This document shows, piece by piece, positions 26,270-39,617 of a stretch of 64,000 nucleotides of DNA. How positions within the stretch are numbered: the first letter of the stretch is position 1; the number at the start of each line of letters is the position of its first letter. The notes below the pieces were generated by a model. That model had not been told where the DNA came from. It searched no databases and was given only the letters and a program-made list of their open reading frames with translations. A program made the position numbers and the translations under genes. This DNA is from Chlorokybus atmophyticus (taxonomy: Eukaryota > Plantae > Mesostigma and Chlorokybus algae). The stretch is from assembly GCA_009103225.1 (NCBI GenBank), contig RHPI01000140.1, forward strand, positions 124,001-188,000. The letters run 5' to 3'.

Positions 26270-29200
26270 TCAATCGCTTTTGTCTTCGCTGCCGGAGCTT
26301 TCAGACTCTTGCTTGCTCGGTTTCTTGCTAGCTTTGCTAGACTCCTTCTTGCTCGGTCCTGCGCCGTCCCCATCCGGTTTGTAAGCTTTCATCTGCTCAC
26401 CGTAGCGGCTTTTGTCGGCAGCTGCCTGCTGCTCATAAGGCTTCTTCTCTTCAGCTGCAAGCAAAGGCAAGGCAGCATGAGACATTGAGGTAGATGCCTG
26501 GGGATGTATGTACTGCTGGACGCATGCAAGTACCTGAGAGGCTCTTCCACCTCTCTCCTAGAACCTTGCCGACCTCACCGAACGAGATCCCAGGCCTTTC
26601 AGCCTTGACTTTCTGTTAACGGCATTGGGTGGTAAGTTTCATTGAAGCTATAGCAAGCATGTCTTGCGCATGTCTCTGGTAAAAGAGGACAAGCACACAT
26701 CTGCTGCTAAACCCAGCAGGCCGGCACACGCTTACATCTCGATTGGCATTGGCAAAGAACATGTAGGCTGACATCCCGCGCTTTGGAGCATTTGGGTCCT
26801 TCTTCTTCTTCTCCTTCTTTTGCTTTCCTCCATCTGCACAAATCGGCAGTGAGATCAACTCTTCATTTAGCTAGCTAATACTGATAACGAATGCCAACAG
26901 CTGTACATAATCCAGTCATGCACTAGAGTGCACAAAGTGGACATCTTCTCAACTGACTGATCAGCAAAACAGGGTGAATGGCCGATGACAAAAGGCAAGG
27001 CCAACACCACCAACCTGCTGGTTCGGGGGCTTTCTTGGCTTTCTTCGGGGCGGGCTCCTTCTTCTCTTTCTCTTTCCTCTTGGCTGTGGGCGGCGGAGTG
27101 CTCTTGCGCATCTTCTCTTTCCGCACCTCTTGCACCTCGTCCGAGTCCGCGTCGCTTGCATCACCGCCGCCACCGGCTCCAGAAGCATCTGAACCTCCTT
27201 CAGACGACTCAGTCGGGGAGCCGCCATCCGTGTCCTCACCAGCGTTGAAGTCTTCATCCTGAGATAAGGAAGGGTTTTCAAGTTGGATGTGTCACACGAG
27301 CAAGGACACCACACCAAAGCCAGGCTTGTGCACAGGAATAGCTGCCGGCCAACGCAGCTACTAACGCCAGTGATGCATACCTCTTCATCTGACTCTTCGT
27401 CAATCATGTTCATATGCGGGTCAACGTCGTCAAGATCCGTGACGCGTCCAGTGGCGGCTTGCCCGCCAGGACCCTTCGCTGCGTCCTCCATGTTCGTGAT
27501 GCGCAGCTTCTTCGCACTGCGCACGCAAAGCTGTTGGTCTGGCAATTGTATGCAAGGCCTGGGTAGTATGCTGAGATGCAGCCACAATCAGTTGTGCAGA
27601 TGCTGGTTATCTAACAAGTTTTGTACACGCATGCACAAAACTTGTTGCTATGCTTACGTGATGAAGCTGAACAGGTTGGAGTACTCACTGCGCTGGATAT
27701 TCCTAAACTGATAGTCCATCTGCAAAGCAACCGGGTCAACGCTTTCCACACATGCAGGTGCCACCAAAGCATGACCCGATTGCAACTAACAGCTGGAACA
27801 TCATGAATCACCTCAGTCTTGAGACGCATGTACAAATCAAACGTCTTGGCAGAGTTCATGCTGCCTCCCTGTCCTTGTCGCTCGAACTCTATATAGTCAA
27901 CCTGTACCAAAGTGTAGAAAATTCTGCCAGAGCTCTAGCTGAGGCGCATTGACAAGCTGTTGCACCATAGCAATTGCCTCAAGAGGCGCATGTTGGGTTG
28001 TGTGAATATAACTTACATCATCATACGGTATCAGCGCCGGCGGCTTATGTACAGCAAAGAAGCATCGCTCCAGAGGATACAGGTAGCCTTCATCAGCTTT
28101 CAATGAGCAGCGAATCTGTTGTTCACCAAAACCTTGAACTGACTGATGAACAACCACAATCCACAATGCAACTGCGACATTGCGGACTGCACTTATTATC
28201 AACACATCATATGGCAGAAAGCAACCTGACAGAACCACGCGTACCGCAACACCATCAGACGCACTGCGGAAGGTTCCCGGCTTAGACAGCTTGGTTCCAG
28301 ACAAGCCCTTCAGAATCTTGCTGAAGACGTCGTGTGACAGCCCTTTGTATGAAGACTGGAGCTTGCCTTCATACTTTGTCTTCAACACCTCCTCTGATAT
28401 TTCTAGGTCGCACTCCGTCTCCTCATCTGCTGGGAACTGCACAGCACATCGTGTTCACGCAATCACGCACTCGCATATTCACGTTGGGCACATGTCCACA
28501 TTGCACAAGCTGCATTTCGAACATGTGTGTGTTGTACAGACTTAAACCAAACAGCAGAAGCCAGCACACACGATCCACACTGGCTTTACTGGGCATCATA
28601 CCTGCAGGAGTATGTGCGGGTAGAAAGTTTGACCTTTCCGAATAGGAGGGTCTAAGCAGATAATCACAAGGGTTTGAGGCAAATTGCCCTGCCATAAGCA
28701 GACAAATCACTCAACTCACCATGTCAGGCCGATGCTCAACTAACTGCGCAACATAACTCGCAAACATGACTCACAAAACTTTGCAGCAAGCTGCTGCTAT
28801 TGTTTAAAGAACAGGTGCAGCCCTGACTGACGTCAATTATGTACCTTGGGCAGCACAAAGAGGCGCATGACTGATGAGTACTGAATCTTGAAGTCGTTGG
28901 CCTGCCCTTGCAAGCGCAGGAATGTGCTGTGTAGCTCAACATGATACCTCCCTCTGCATGACAATAGTCATGACACAAGTGGTACACACACCGGCCAGTG
29001 CGGTCAGGAAGCATGCAGACCAAGCTTACCTAGGTATAGTGACGGCGATCTCGTCAAAAGCAACAATCGCGTCCCCTGTGACACCCACGTCTGCCTGCTC
29101 TGTTATCCTGGAATGAAACACCTGCCATGCAAATCAATGAACTACTGTTGGCATTGAAAGTCGATGTAGACGATAATATATGTGCCGCTGTGAATGACAG

Positions 29201-30704
29201 CAAATCGGGAGCATGGAGCCAAACACGATAGCCACGCACGATGTGACAAGCGTGAGTAAGTGCAAACAGTGCGAACCTTTGCGGATGGAACGTCATCATC
29301 ACCCTCAAAGTCTGGGTTGGTTTGGGGTATGTGAAAGCTAAGTTCCACTAGAGAGTCTTTCTGCAAGGAAACATTGTTTGTTCACACGCAATACCACAAC
29401 CAGAGCACACTAGTAAACACATGGCAAATGCTGCGCTGATTGACAAAGGGAAACAGTACCTCAGAAGCACCGGTTGTGTCGTCTATGTGAAATTGTATTA
29501 CAACTTCGTTTTTGCCTTGAAGCATTGCTTGCGATACATCTGCCAGTGGCAGGTCGAAAGCCTGCTTGCCCCCAACTTTGAAGTTGAGCATTGAACCTGC
29601 AGCATAACAATGCATCAAGGTAGCGCCTCTCATGCAACACCCTAAAGAAGTACTGTTGCATGCAAATCAGTGCCATACCCCTTATGTCACAATCACCCCA
29701 ATTTCGACCAGTCAGAGCCAGCTGCTGCTCCTCAAGCTCCATCCCAAAGTGCTCCTTGGCGTGCTCAGTCAGGGTCGTCAAATCCTGTGCATACGCGCAA
29801 AGAAACGTTAAGATCACCCAGTTAACATAACCTTCAGGCATGCATAAGAGTTGCTGTTGATCCTTCATGCAGGCTGCACGACAAACAACGTTGAGAAAGC
29901 AGAAATGTGCACTTCATTTGCACATATGCAGCCTCACCGCTTCGCGGAAGCCGTCGAACTTCACGTTCTGCCCCGCTTTTTGGCATACAACCAACTGAAA
30001 GGCTTTGGGCATGCGCATCCATTGCAGGCGGCTGATGTCGCTTTTGGACACTTCCACCAGTTTGCCTCCACCAGCTCTTCGCCACAGAAAGCCATTCTGA
30101 TGTACCCGTAACTGCCCTTGATTCTGCAATCGGCAGGACTGTCACCACAGTAGCTCAATGTTGAAGCGATGCGACAATACGCTGTCATCAAGTTCCATTC
30201 TGCATGCAATGGGCTACATTCACCGCACCACTTGGGTACGCTCTACGCTGACGGGACACATGCAATAAGCAAAGAATTCCTGACCCCAGATAGCGCTGTA
30301 TATACGCGTGAAGCTGTGCCATGCAGGACGTTGCACAATGCGTTTCGAGAGTTCTGTGGATGGTGCGGAAGAACAAGGCTTCTTGCGATGCAACGTGCTA
30401 GCATGCAGGTGCGTTGGCAAGCCCTCGACAACCACAGCAAAGTTAGTGCAATTGATCAGTTGCACAGAAGGCATAGCAGTTGGTTGCTGCAAAGCTACCC
30501 TGCCCTGCGTGTACTGAATTTACTGAGAAACAATAGCTAAGATGGAGTAAGCCCGTAATCACCGACGGGACAAACGAGGCAGTGCCTAACAACAAACAAA
30601 CTGCTTGCATGCAGACAATCCTGAGCTCCAAAACTTACAGCGTTCATAGCCCGGCCCCCGAGGTATATGGAGCCGAAGCTGTGCACGCCAGCAGCATCGC
30701 CCAT
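26270..30704 (-). CDS. SSRP1: FACT complex subunit SSRP1 with C-terminal HMG box
   Basis: [79 protein letters not shown], acidic tract, [18 protein letters not shown]...ERWK...EEKKPYE HMG box. Confidence 0.95.
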
Positions 30705-30806
30705 CTTGTGCAGCAGATCCAAACTAGGGCAACTTCCCCTCGGATGTCACCACGACGCTCTCCCCAACGCCGCCACCTTCACCGCCGCCGCCGTCGCTGG
30801 CGGGAG

Positions 30807-30816
30807 AAACCCTAAA
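30807..30816 (+). promoter_or_regulatory. Telo-box (AAACCCTAAA) in the short divergent SSRP1 / PA-domain intergenic region
   Basis: Exact motif seen. Related motifs lie at ~11494-11503 (minus) and ~59200-59208 upstream of H2B. Function is inferred from the plant telo-box. Confidence 0.4.
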
Positions 30817-30935
30817 TGGGGTTTGAATGCGTTTTGCGCGGGAAATGACAGCAAACAAGTGCAGCTCAAATATAAATAATGATGAACCTACTAAATTCAA
30901 CACTGATAATAGCCGTAGTCAGCTTATTTGAAAAA

Positions 30936-32202
30936 ATGGCGGGCGGCGCAGTGGCGGCGGCGGCGTCCGCGGCGTCCGTGGCGACGATGTTCTGGGAGTT
31001 GTCCAGCTTCTTCGCCAAGACGCAGACGTTGTCGGTGTTGTGCGTGCTGATGCTGCGGGGAGAGCGGTTGCTGCTGTGGGGCGACGGGACAGCTGGCCGC
31101 TGCGTCATCACCAGCAACGTCGTCAAGCCCCCCNCTCGTGCACGGGGAGTCCGACCCGAATGTTGGGTTGTGTAGTCTGCAAGTATGTGGTTGTGGTTTG
31201 TTGGTCATAACAGAGAAAACAAACACGAAGATATAAGACAATTGATTGTGTGAACACATGGGTGCATCACTGAATGGATAATGCATGGTGCACTGAATGC
31301 ACAAATGAGAACCTTGAAACAGCGGTTGAAACCATGATACAACGAATGGAGTGATTTCCCCCTCTCGACGCCGCCATCGCCGATTTCGCCCGGCGGTGCC
31401 CCCAGACTGCATAAGGCGTCCTGCTTTGGCTTGTCCCTGCGGATGGCTGCAGCCCTGTGCATGCTGACATGGACGCCGACAAGGAGGTCCCCGCCTGGAT
31501 TGCCCTCATTGAGCCGGGCAGCTGCCTCGTCTACAGCAAAGACCTCCACGCCCAGCTTGCCGGCGCCGCGGCCGACATTGTCTACGACCATGTTGACCCC
31601 CCCGCCAACATGACCAGTAAGGTTTTTGCTAGCATTCTGCTAGCATGAACTGCTCAATGTGTTTGTTGCCATTATTGTTGTTGTTTGCATGGTTGTGTCC
31701 TTGGCTTTTGTACTCTTGCTTGGCTGTGATCGTGTAATAGCACACAGTGTATGTGCCTATGCTGTGAATTTGTTTTTTGACGTGCCAACTTTCAACAACA
31801 CATGTACATACATGCAAAACCACATGCAGTTTGTGTGTGATCCAAGGTCAAGCATGTTTAGTTGTACCATGCATACGTTCTAAAAACATGCATGTTGTTG
31901 TTGAAGATAACTACATGACTGCTTGACATGCTCTGCATGTCGTAACATGCGTGCAACACTGCATAGCTGTGCACACACGTCTTGACCAACTTAGCATATA
32001 TACAAGCAGGCTGCTTAAGCATTGGACCAATGTGCCTTTCCTTGTTGCAGTCGCACAAAATGCCAGCGACATCCACATCCTTTGCGTGTCCATTAACCAA
32101 AAGGACGGGCAGCTGTTGCGTGTACTCCTCACAGCGCGAGCGCGCAAGGATCAAGCGATGGCGCTGCTCGAGCCCGCACGCAGAGACTACAGCGACATCT
32201 GA
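30936..32202 (+). pseudogene. PA (protease-associated) domain gene, truncated or mis-assembled (RMR/SPPL-like N-terminus)
   Basis: A hydrophobic N-terminal exon precedes GCSPVHA...PAWIALIEPGSCLVYSKDLHAQLAGAAADIVYD and SDIHILCVSINQKDGQLLRVLL, then an early stop. It is interrupted by an N join at 31134 and followed by a gap. Confidence 0.55.
31135..31357 (+). repeat. 223-bp apparently identical copy of 42111-42333
   Basis: Identical by eye; starts immediately after the N at 31134. Confidence 0.9.
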
Positions 32203-32370
32203 CACGACCTCGCAGGAGCTTCTGTCTCGCTTCTGATTACCGTGGCCTATATTGTTATCTGCGTCCTGGGGATGTTCGTTACTTTTTTGCTTTTCGGCTT
32301 TGCCCGTCGCGATTGAACACGCCATTAGGTGATGAAGATGTGGGTGTCAAGTGCAAAGCTCCCCCCCCCC

Positions 32371-32630
32371 NNNNNNNNNNNNNNNNNNNNNNNNNNNNNN
32401 NNNNNNNNNNNNNNNNNNNNNNNNNNNNNNNNNNNNNNNNNNNNNNNNNNNNNNNNNNNNNNNNNNNNNNNNNNNNNNNNNNNNNNNNNNNNNNNNNNNN
32501 NNNNNNNNNNNNNNNNNNNNNNNNNNNNNNNNNNNNNNNNNNNNNNNNNNNNNNNNNNNNNNNNNNNNNNNNNNNNNNNNNNNNNNNNNNNNNNNNNNNN
32601 NNNNNNNNNNNNNNNNNNNNNNNNNNNNNN
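32371..32630. other. Assembly gap flanked by poly-C
   Basis: N run. Similar gaps at 43328-43399 and 53984-54217 also have poly-C/G flanks. Confidence 0.95.
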
Positions 32631-32987
32631 CCCCCCTCCGCGTGTTCATTGCTGAGACTGATAGCGTGCAGGTTGAAGAACGAGAGAGGAACATGGCGTT
32701 AGAACTCTACATGCGCGTTTGAAAACGGCAGTTGAAGAGACCATGCCGCCGCTGTGCTGTCTTTGGCATGCGAGCGGTGCTTGCTGATGTACACATCTTG
32801 TGTGCATGTACATGTGTAGATTTGTTTTATGGATGGTGTGTGTGTGGCTTCGGGTTGATGCCAAAAAGCCCCACGCCATGATATTCAAATGTACACGCGT
32901 CCAGTAACTTCAGCTTGTAGTCCAACAAGCCATATGTACAGTCACTACATGGTAGGTAGCATAGCGCTGCTGATTAACTGTGTGCGC

Positions 32988-34432
32988 TCATGCCTTCTGC
33001 AGCCTTCCCTCATCCAACATTGCTGCAATAAGAGCGTCAACCTCAGACTCCGAAACTGGCTTCACATCTTCTGTGTTGAGCTGAAACTTGCGTAAAGACT
33101 TGTCGACACGAGCAGCAAGGCGTTCAACCTGGACGTCTGTAAGGTTGTGTGGAGTCTGCCTTGCTCGCTCCAGATTGCTGACAGGCTGCGAGCGTATATA
33201 GAACATGTTATCCTCGTCGCTATCACTAGAATGAATGCTGCCACCATCACTTTCAAGTGCACTCTCATCGTCGCTCTCCAAGTCAGTAAACCTGGAAACA
33301 TCTCACGTCAGACAACACAACCGTATCTGCCAACAACTTACAACAGGGGGAACTGTCGAGAGACAATGTTTTGCTTCAGTACGCGTTGTTGGTGTCAGTT
33401 GTAGACAGTGTCCCAAATATGCTGTTGCCGGATGCTTGGCTGGTGGACACTTCACTATCATTGGCAGGATCCTTCAAGCGCTGCAGCCTCGCCTTCAGCA
33501 TTGCATCAAAGTCATCGCCATCTTCAACAGCAGTCTGCCCATTTCCGCTTGCTGGAACACATTCCACAAGTGGTATGGCACCGTCAGTAAATCCACAACC
33601 GACAAAGACATGGACACACACACACACACAACCAACTCACCAGCGCAAATCAAAGCACGACGACACCAACATGGGATTGGATACGCACATGCATGCGTGT
33701 GCGCGCACACGCACGGGAACGTCTGTGAGAACCAGCACACATACACACATACACACATGGGCGTGTGCGTGCATGCAGGCATGCAGGCAGGCAAGCAGGC
33801 ATGTAAGGCATGGAGAAGCAGCAGCCCTTGGCAGCACACAGTCTTGTCTGCCCTTAGCTGCAGGAGGCTTACCAGTTGCTGACATTGCGCGTGCTGTGGC
33901 AGCCTGCAGCTGGCGATAGCGCTCCTCAAGAGATGGCGCCAAGCCGGTTGTGTAATGGTGGGCGCCTGTGTTCACATGAAGAACCTGCAAACCCAGACAT
34001 CCAATGAACCTGGCACAGTGTTAGCCTCCACAGTTGACGTACAGACTATGTACCACGACCAGAAACATTACCCAACGACACTATTCAACACCTTACATGC
34101 ACGGGCACAATGTGACCCTGAGGTGAAGCACTTCTTGCTGTCATTCTGTTGTCCAAAAGCGTGTTAAGAAATGCATGGTTCTCTATTATCTCAGGCGCTG
34201 GAATGCTCAACATCAACTAATGCATGTTCTTGGTGTTAGGACGTTGTCGAGAGCTATACATATATACAGACCACTTGATGGCAATTACACGAGTTGAACG
34301 GGTTGTGTTATATGTGTAGCTCACTGCTAGCTGGAGTATGAGTCGCAATTCAAAAGCCCAGCCTACCTGCTCATCCTCCGCCTGCGCAAGCAGCTCATCC
34401 ACAGCATCCGGATCAACAGGTACACGCGCCAT
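32988..34432 (-). CDS. Hypothetical acidic, helical protein (4 exons)
   Basis: Exons read MARVPVDPDAVDELLAQAEDEQ / VLHV...LEERYRQLQAA / ...DDFDAMLKARLQRLKDP / FTDLESDDES...SESEVDALIAAMLDEGRLQKA*, with GT-AG boundaries. No family recognised. Confidence 0.55.
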
Positions 34433-35098
34433 GCTGCTATGCTGTTCAATTCTTCACCTCCATCCACCTCCTCGCCCTCCTCCTTGTCGTTGCCGTCGCC
34501 GTCGCCGTCCTTCCGCCGCCTGTCTTCGCAGCAGCTCACCATGCACCGAAACTATCGGAAGTCGACTATCTTTCTTATACAATTATGGTGTACAAGTATA
34601 TTGATATCTAAGTCTTCGACAAACAAGTTAGTCTGGTTGGCTAACTGCGATCTAAGCTGCGTTATTCAGACGAGCAATTCTCACATGGCTGCCAGCTGGC
34701 AGTGCAAGAGTGGCAGCGCCAGCGTGGCGGCGGAGGAGCAGGAGGGCGAGGCGGAAGCAGCGTCGTGGGTGTGAGACATGATCGCACACTGTTGCTGCTT
34801 GCTGGAGAGCTGATTGAACATGATGTGCTGAGTCGCAAGCACACAAGCCAAGGCGCCGGAACTGCAGCTTGTCTACCAGGTAAGCTGCTCAATTGCAAGC
34901 ATCACTGTTACAATCAGTGCCAACAGCGCGTGTTGTGTATGTGAAGACAGAATTGTGTCACTGCCGCAGACAAGCAGCATGGCATGCTGCAGTCATGATT
35001 GCAACGTCTGCTTGCTTGAAGTGGTATGCTTGCGTCAGCTGCTGAGCAGCTGTCCTGTTGCATCCACAGCCAAGGTGCGAGCTTGACAGACAACCAAT

Positions 35099-38000
35099 AT
35101 GGCGCAAGACGATGTTGACGATCAGTTGAAAGGTATGCGGCAAGACATAGGCAATTGTCTGCAACACACTGTGAGCGTACTTTCTTACCTGTTCAGTGCT
35201 TGCAACTTTGTTCGGTTCTCTCTTGAGCGTCTGCTATCGCTTTCAGCTCACCGTTGTACTGCAATTCAGCATGCATGTAAGTCAGATTGCTATCTGTGCA
35301 GTGTGTAATGTGCATGCCAACTGTCAGAATCCTTGCAGAAGCCATCAATTGCAATGGCGACGTGCATGAAGTGAAGTCTGCAGCGGAAGCAGCGGCTGCT
35401 GAATGCGATGTTCAGCCCAGTTGGTCTGCGCTTGACAGCGCGATGGAGGCGAAAGTTCGACCCTTTTTAGATCTGATGGATCAGGTATGTGCACACAATG
35501 CATCCTATTGCTTTGCTTGTGTCAATATCTCATCATGTGGATGTTGCCAGTTGCGTCAAGAAGGCATTCAGCATGACTTGGCGATACCGCAAATTGCTGT
35601 GGTTGGCGACCAGTCCAGCGGCAAGTCCAGCGTGCTGGAAAGCCTTTCTGGCATACCTTTTCCTCGTGGCCGTGGAGCAGTCACGAGGTGTCCTATCGAA
35701 ATACAGATGAAGCGTGGAGCAAACTGGGAGGTATGTGCATAACCGTTGATCTTGTGGGTGCCTCATTGACACCGTTGCGGCGCGAACTGGGTTACCAAAG
35801 CAGATAGTTTCATAACCACCATTGCTATCTTTCTTGCAACAGCAAGCAAGCTGAGTTCAAATGCCGTCGCAAGCTCACAAGTGTAGCTGTCAGTAACTTG
35901 CCTACAACAGCATGTGTGTCGCGTATGGCTATGTTGAACTGTAAACTGTGCAGCCATGGAGAGGGACTGCGAGGATAGGTAGTGAAGAGCCTTGCATGCA
36001 TTTGGAATCTCCTGAGAAGATGGAAGGGGCGATCAGGAAGTTGTCCGAGCAGCTTCTGAAGAGTCCAGGAGGGTGTGTGCAGTGTGCTGTTGTTCAACGA
36101 CCTGTACTGCACTGAAAGACTAAGTCCATACATACTGCAGATACTCAGAGACAAGCATTGTGGTTGAGGTGATCTCACCAGATGTGCCCGACCTCACGGT
36201 CATCGACCTCCCTGGCATAGTCCGAACAACGACTGCGGGACAGTCTGATCAAGTCATGACACAGATTGACAACATGTACAAGCGCTACTTGCAGCAAGTG
36301 AGTGTTTGTCTCTTTTGTGAGTTGTCGACCAGACGCTCGCAGAAGCCTTGCTGATAATCACTTGGCGTCACAGGAGCGCACGATTATTTTAGCTGTAGTT
36401 CCAGCCGACCAGGATATTGCCACAATTGAAATTCTAGAGCGAGCCAAGCAAGTTGACCCGGTGGTGAGCACATGTTGCATTTTCTAAAATCGGGCTCAGC
36501 TTTTGAACCCAAGCTGTACCAACATGGCAATTGCTTGCAGGGCGACCGCACAATACCAGTGTTGACAAAGCCTGATAAGGTGTTTCGATCTGAAGAAGAT
36601 AGTGTGATATCTGTCATGAACAACATCACCAAACCGCAGAAGCTAGGGTATGCAAGCTGTTAACTATGTGACATTGTGGTGACAGCGTCCTGCTGACCAT
36701 GGCTTGTGCTAGTTGCTGATATCTGTAAAAGCGATCATCTTGCTGTCATGTGCAACCCAGTCATGGCCAATGCTTTGGCAGGTATGCAATGGTGAAGAAC
36801 CGTTCCGCTCAGCAAATGAAGGACAACCTGAGCATACATGCTGCGCGCAAAGACGAGGAGCTGTTCTTCAAGACCCATCCCAAGTTTCGACAGCTGGACC
36901 CCACACAGCTGGGCATCCAGAATTTGGCAACACGACTGACAACGTAAGCATGATGTTGCTATTCAGTGTTGCTGGTATGGGGTTTAAGCACCATATGCTG
37001 CGCTTTACACATGCTTGTTGGCTAGTATTTCCCTGGTCACTGCTCGGATGCAACCGGTCTCCACACAGTGCATGGGTGACTGCGTATGTGTTAAGTTGCT
37101 TTGCAAGTACCGTCAATGTTGATGTTGTCAGACATACGACAACAGGTCATATGCTTCTACGGTCAACAGCGCTCAATGTGACTAGATGTGGCACTGTAGG
37201 TTGCTTGTGAGCCGCATTGAAGCTGCGCTTCCTTCAATGCACGAGGAGATTCTGGCTCAGTTGACAGAGACCGAAGCGCAGTTGAGAGATATGGGCGTCT
37301 CACCTCCTGATTCGCATGAGGAGCGTCAAAAGGCGCTGATACGTGTTGTGCAGGTAAGTGTTGTTGTTGTAAGCTTGGTTTGCATGTGCAATGCTCGTAG
37401 ATCAAGTACAACCGACGCTGACCAGTGCTCATGACAGGGGTATTATGCAGAGTTAGACGCGGAGGTGGAAGGCCGTGACGGCCGGCCGTCAGAAGCGACG
37501 TTGTCTCTTTACACAAAAGCTATGACATCTTGGCGGCACTTACAGCAGCGAGTTGCGGTGGACTTGAAGCCCAAGTTTGATGATCAGAAGATGAACGATG
37601 ACATTGTCGCGAAGATTGAGGCTCAGCACAGTCGAGAGATACCCGGCTTCTTCAAGTACAAGGTACGTGCATCCAAGTGTTGACTATAGCTAGGGTTTGC
37701 AGCCGTATTGACCAGCAAGTTCGCTTTTGTATCATCAAGTGTTCTGGCAGTTGTTCAAGGAAGAAGTTGCGAGGATTGTAAAGAGTTGGCGATTTGATAC
37801 AGACCTCTCAAGCAAGCAGGTTCTCGCAGCCATCAATCAGACTGTAAATCAGGTACAGAGATTGCATTAAACAGTTGGTAAGCCTTACACGTTCATCTTG
37901 TTATGTTCATTGACACGGTTGTTCTGTAGCTTGCAGTTCAGATCGTGCATCAGTTCCCGCAGCTAAGAGCGACAGTGAAGTCGATTGCGGAGGAGGTTGC

Positions 38001-38758
38001 GGCGAAGCGCATGGTGGCCACGCGAGAAAGGTTGGAGGAGCTCTTCGACCAGGAGATGCAAGCCTTCACCATGAGCCACAAGTACCAAACGTACCTGGAA
38101 GAGCTGGATCGCATGAGGGTGGCGTCAAATAAAAACCCGAGCGCCAGTCCCAACAGCACAGCAGACATGTTGATCGTGAGGTAACAGCACCTTCTGCTGT
38201 TGCACACATACGTGCTGATGCGTGTGTGGAGACGTGTATCTGGGCAAATGCGTACGCACACGCATATATCTACGCACGCACGCGCGCAAGCACAAGGGCA
38301 TGCACAAGCATGCGCGCGCTTGTGCGTGCGTGCGTTGGTTTATGTGTTTGTTTTTGCATGTGTGCGTGTGCGCGCCGCGCATGTGTGTTCATTCGTGCGC
38401 ATGCATGAATGGACGCTTGTAATTGTGTGTGCACAGACACGCGTGCAAGCGTGCAGGCGTGTCTTTGTCTCACTTGGTCTTGTATATCAGGTTGAAAGCG
38501 TACTGGCAGACGGCGCATGACAGGTTCATCGACCAGGCGGTGGGCGTGATGGACCAGAAGCTCATGCGCAAGCTGGCATCGGAGGTGCAGGCGGAGATAC
38601 TTCTGCGGTGTCAGGACCCTGAGCTCCTGCGCGGCCTCTTCACGGAAGACCGCAGCATCCAGACCAACCGCAACAAGCTCATCGCCAAGCGAGACCGCTT
38701 GGTACGCGCAGAGCAGGCGATGGATCACTTGCAGGCTGTGGCGGCAACCAAAGCATGA
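35099..38758 (+). CDS. Mx-like (DRP4-type) dynamin GTPase with GED
   Basis: G1 [30 protein letters not shown]2 VTRCP, G3 [10 protein letters not shown]4 [16 protein letters not shown], and an Mx-type [17 protein letters not shown]...[15 protein letters not shown]...RLVRA. No PH or proline-rich domain is seen. Confidence 0.9.
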
Positions 38759-39617
38759 GAGTGAGCGAGAGTGAACCCCACGCGCGCGTGCAAGGTATTG
38801 CGTATTCTTTGGTCTCTAAATTAGTTTTCTTTAAGGCCTCTGTCTGGTGCCGGTTCTAGTCCATGTGTTTGTGTATAGTGTTTGCAGTCCGTCCATTTTT
38901 ACCAAAGGATGCGGACTGCTAGAGAAACACCAGTGCCATTAGGTTGGACATCAGCGCTGTTGATTAGTACAGCAAATCCTATCCCACACAGTGTCTCCAC
39001 TGCATGCCCATACCTGTGGCTGATTGCATGGGTTTTGTTTGGGTAGTCTGTTGCAGATCCTGCTTGCTGCTTCAGCTGTGGTGTCTTGTGGTAGCCATGC
39101 TGTGCCCAAACTATCTCCTACATGGGCACGCATGACGCCATCATTGTCTGCGCGCATTGCTGCCTACACACATTACCCTTCTCATTTTGGTACACCACCC
39201 AATCCCATACACATACCCAAAGAACACTACATGACGTTGCATAATGTCACTAGCCGCATGCCCAGATAATGAACATGGCTGCTGATATGATCTCAGAGCT
39301 TGGGCCCCCTTGACCAGGTGGTGTTGGTGAGAGGAGTGAAAGACGGGTTAGCCTCATGAAGTTTGTGATGCATTTGACTGTTTGCTGACCTTGCTTACCA
39401 TGCCCACTTATGACCAACACAGTACACCTTTCAAAACTGGCACTGTTTGTGATGATACACTGCGCTTGGCTTCCTGTCACATAGAATATTCAATCTGAGA
39501 CATCGCCTGCATGCAATATGCACGCAAACAAGCAGTTGGCATGTTGCCGCTGCAATGTCCTATGGTTGTCTGCTCTACTATACAAGAAATTTCACTGCAA
39601 CTGCCTCTACTCTACAA

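Noticed and set aside
31135-31357. 223-bp identical repeat of 42111-42333 as a new mobile element
   Set aside because: It is an exon-plus-intron fragment of the KRE6-CBM gene, starts exactly at a single-N join and has no TIR or TSD. A mis-assembly is the most likely cause.
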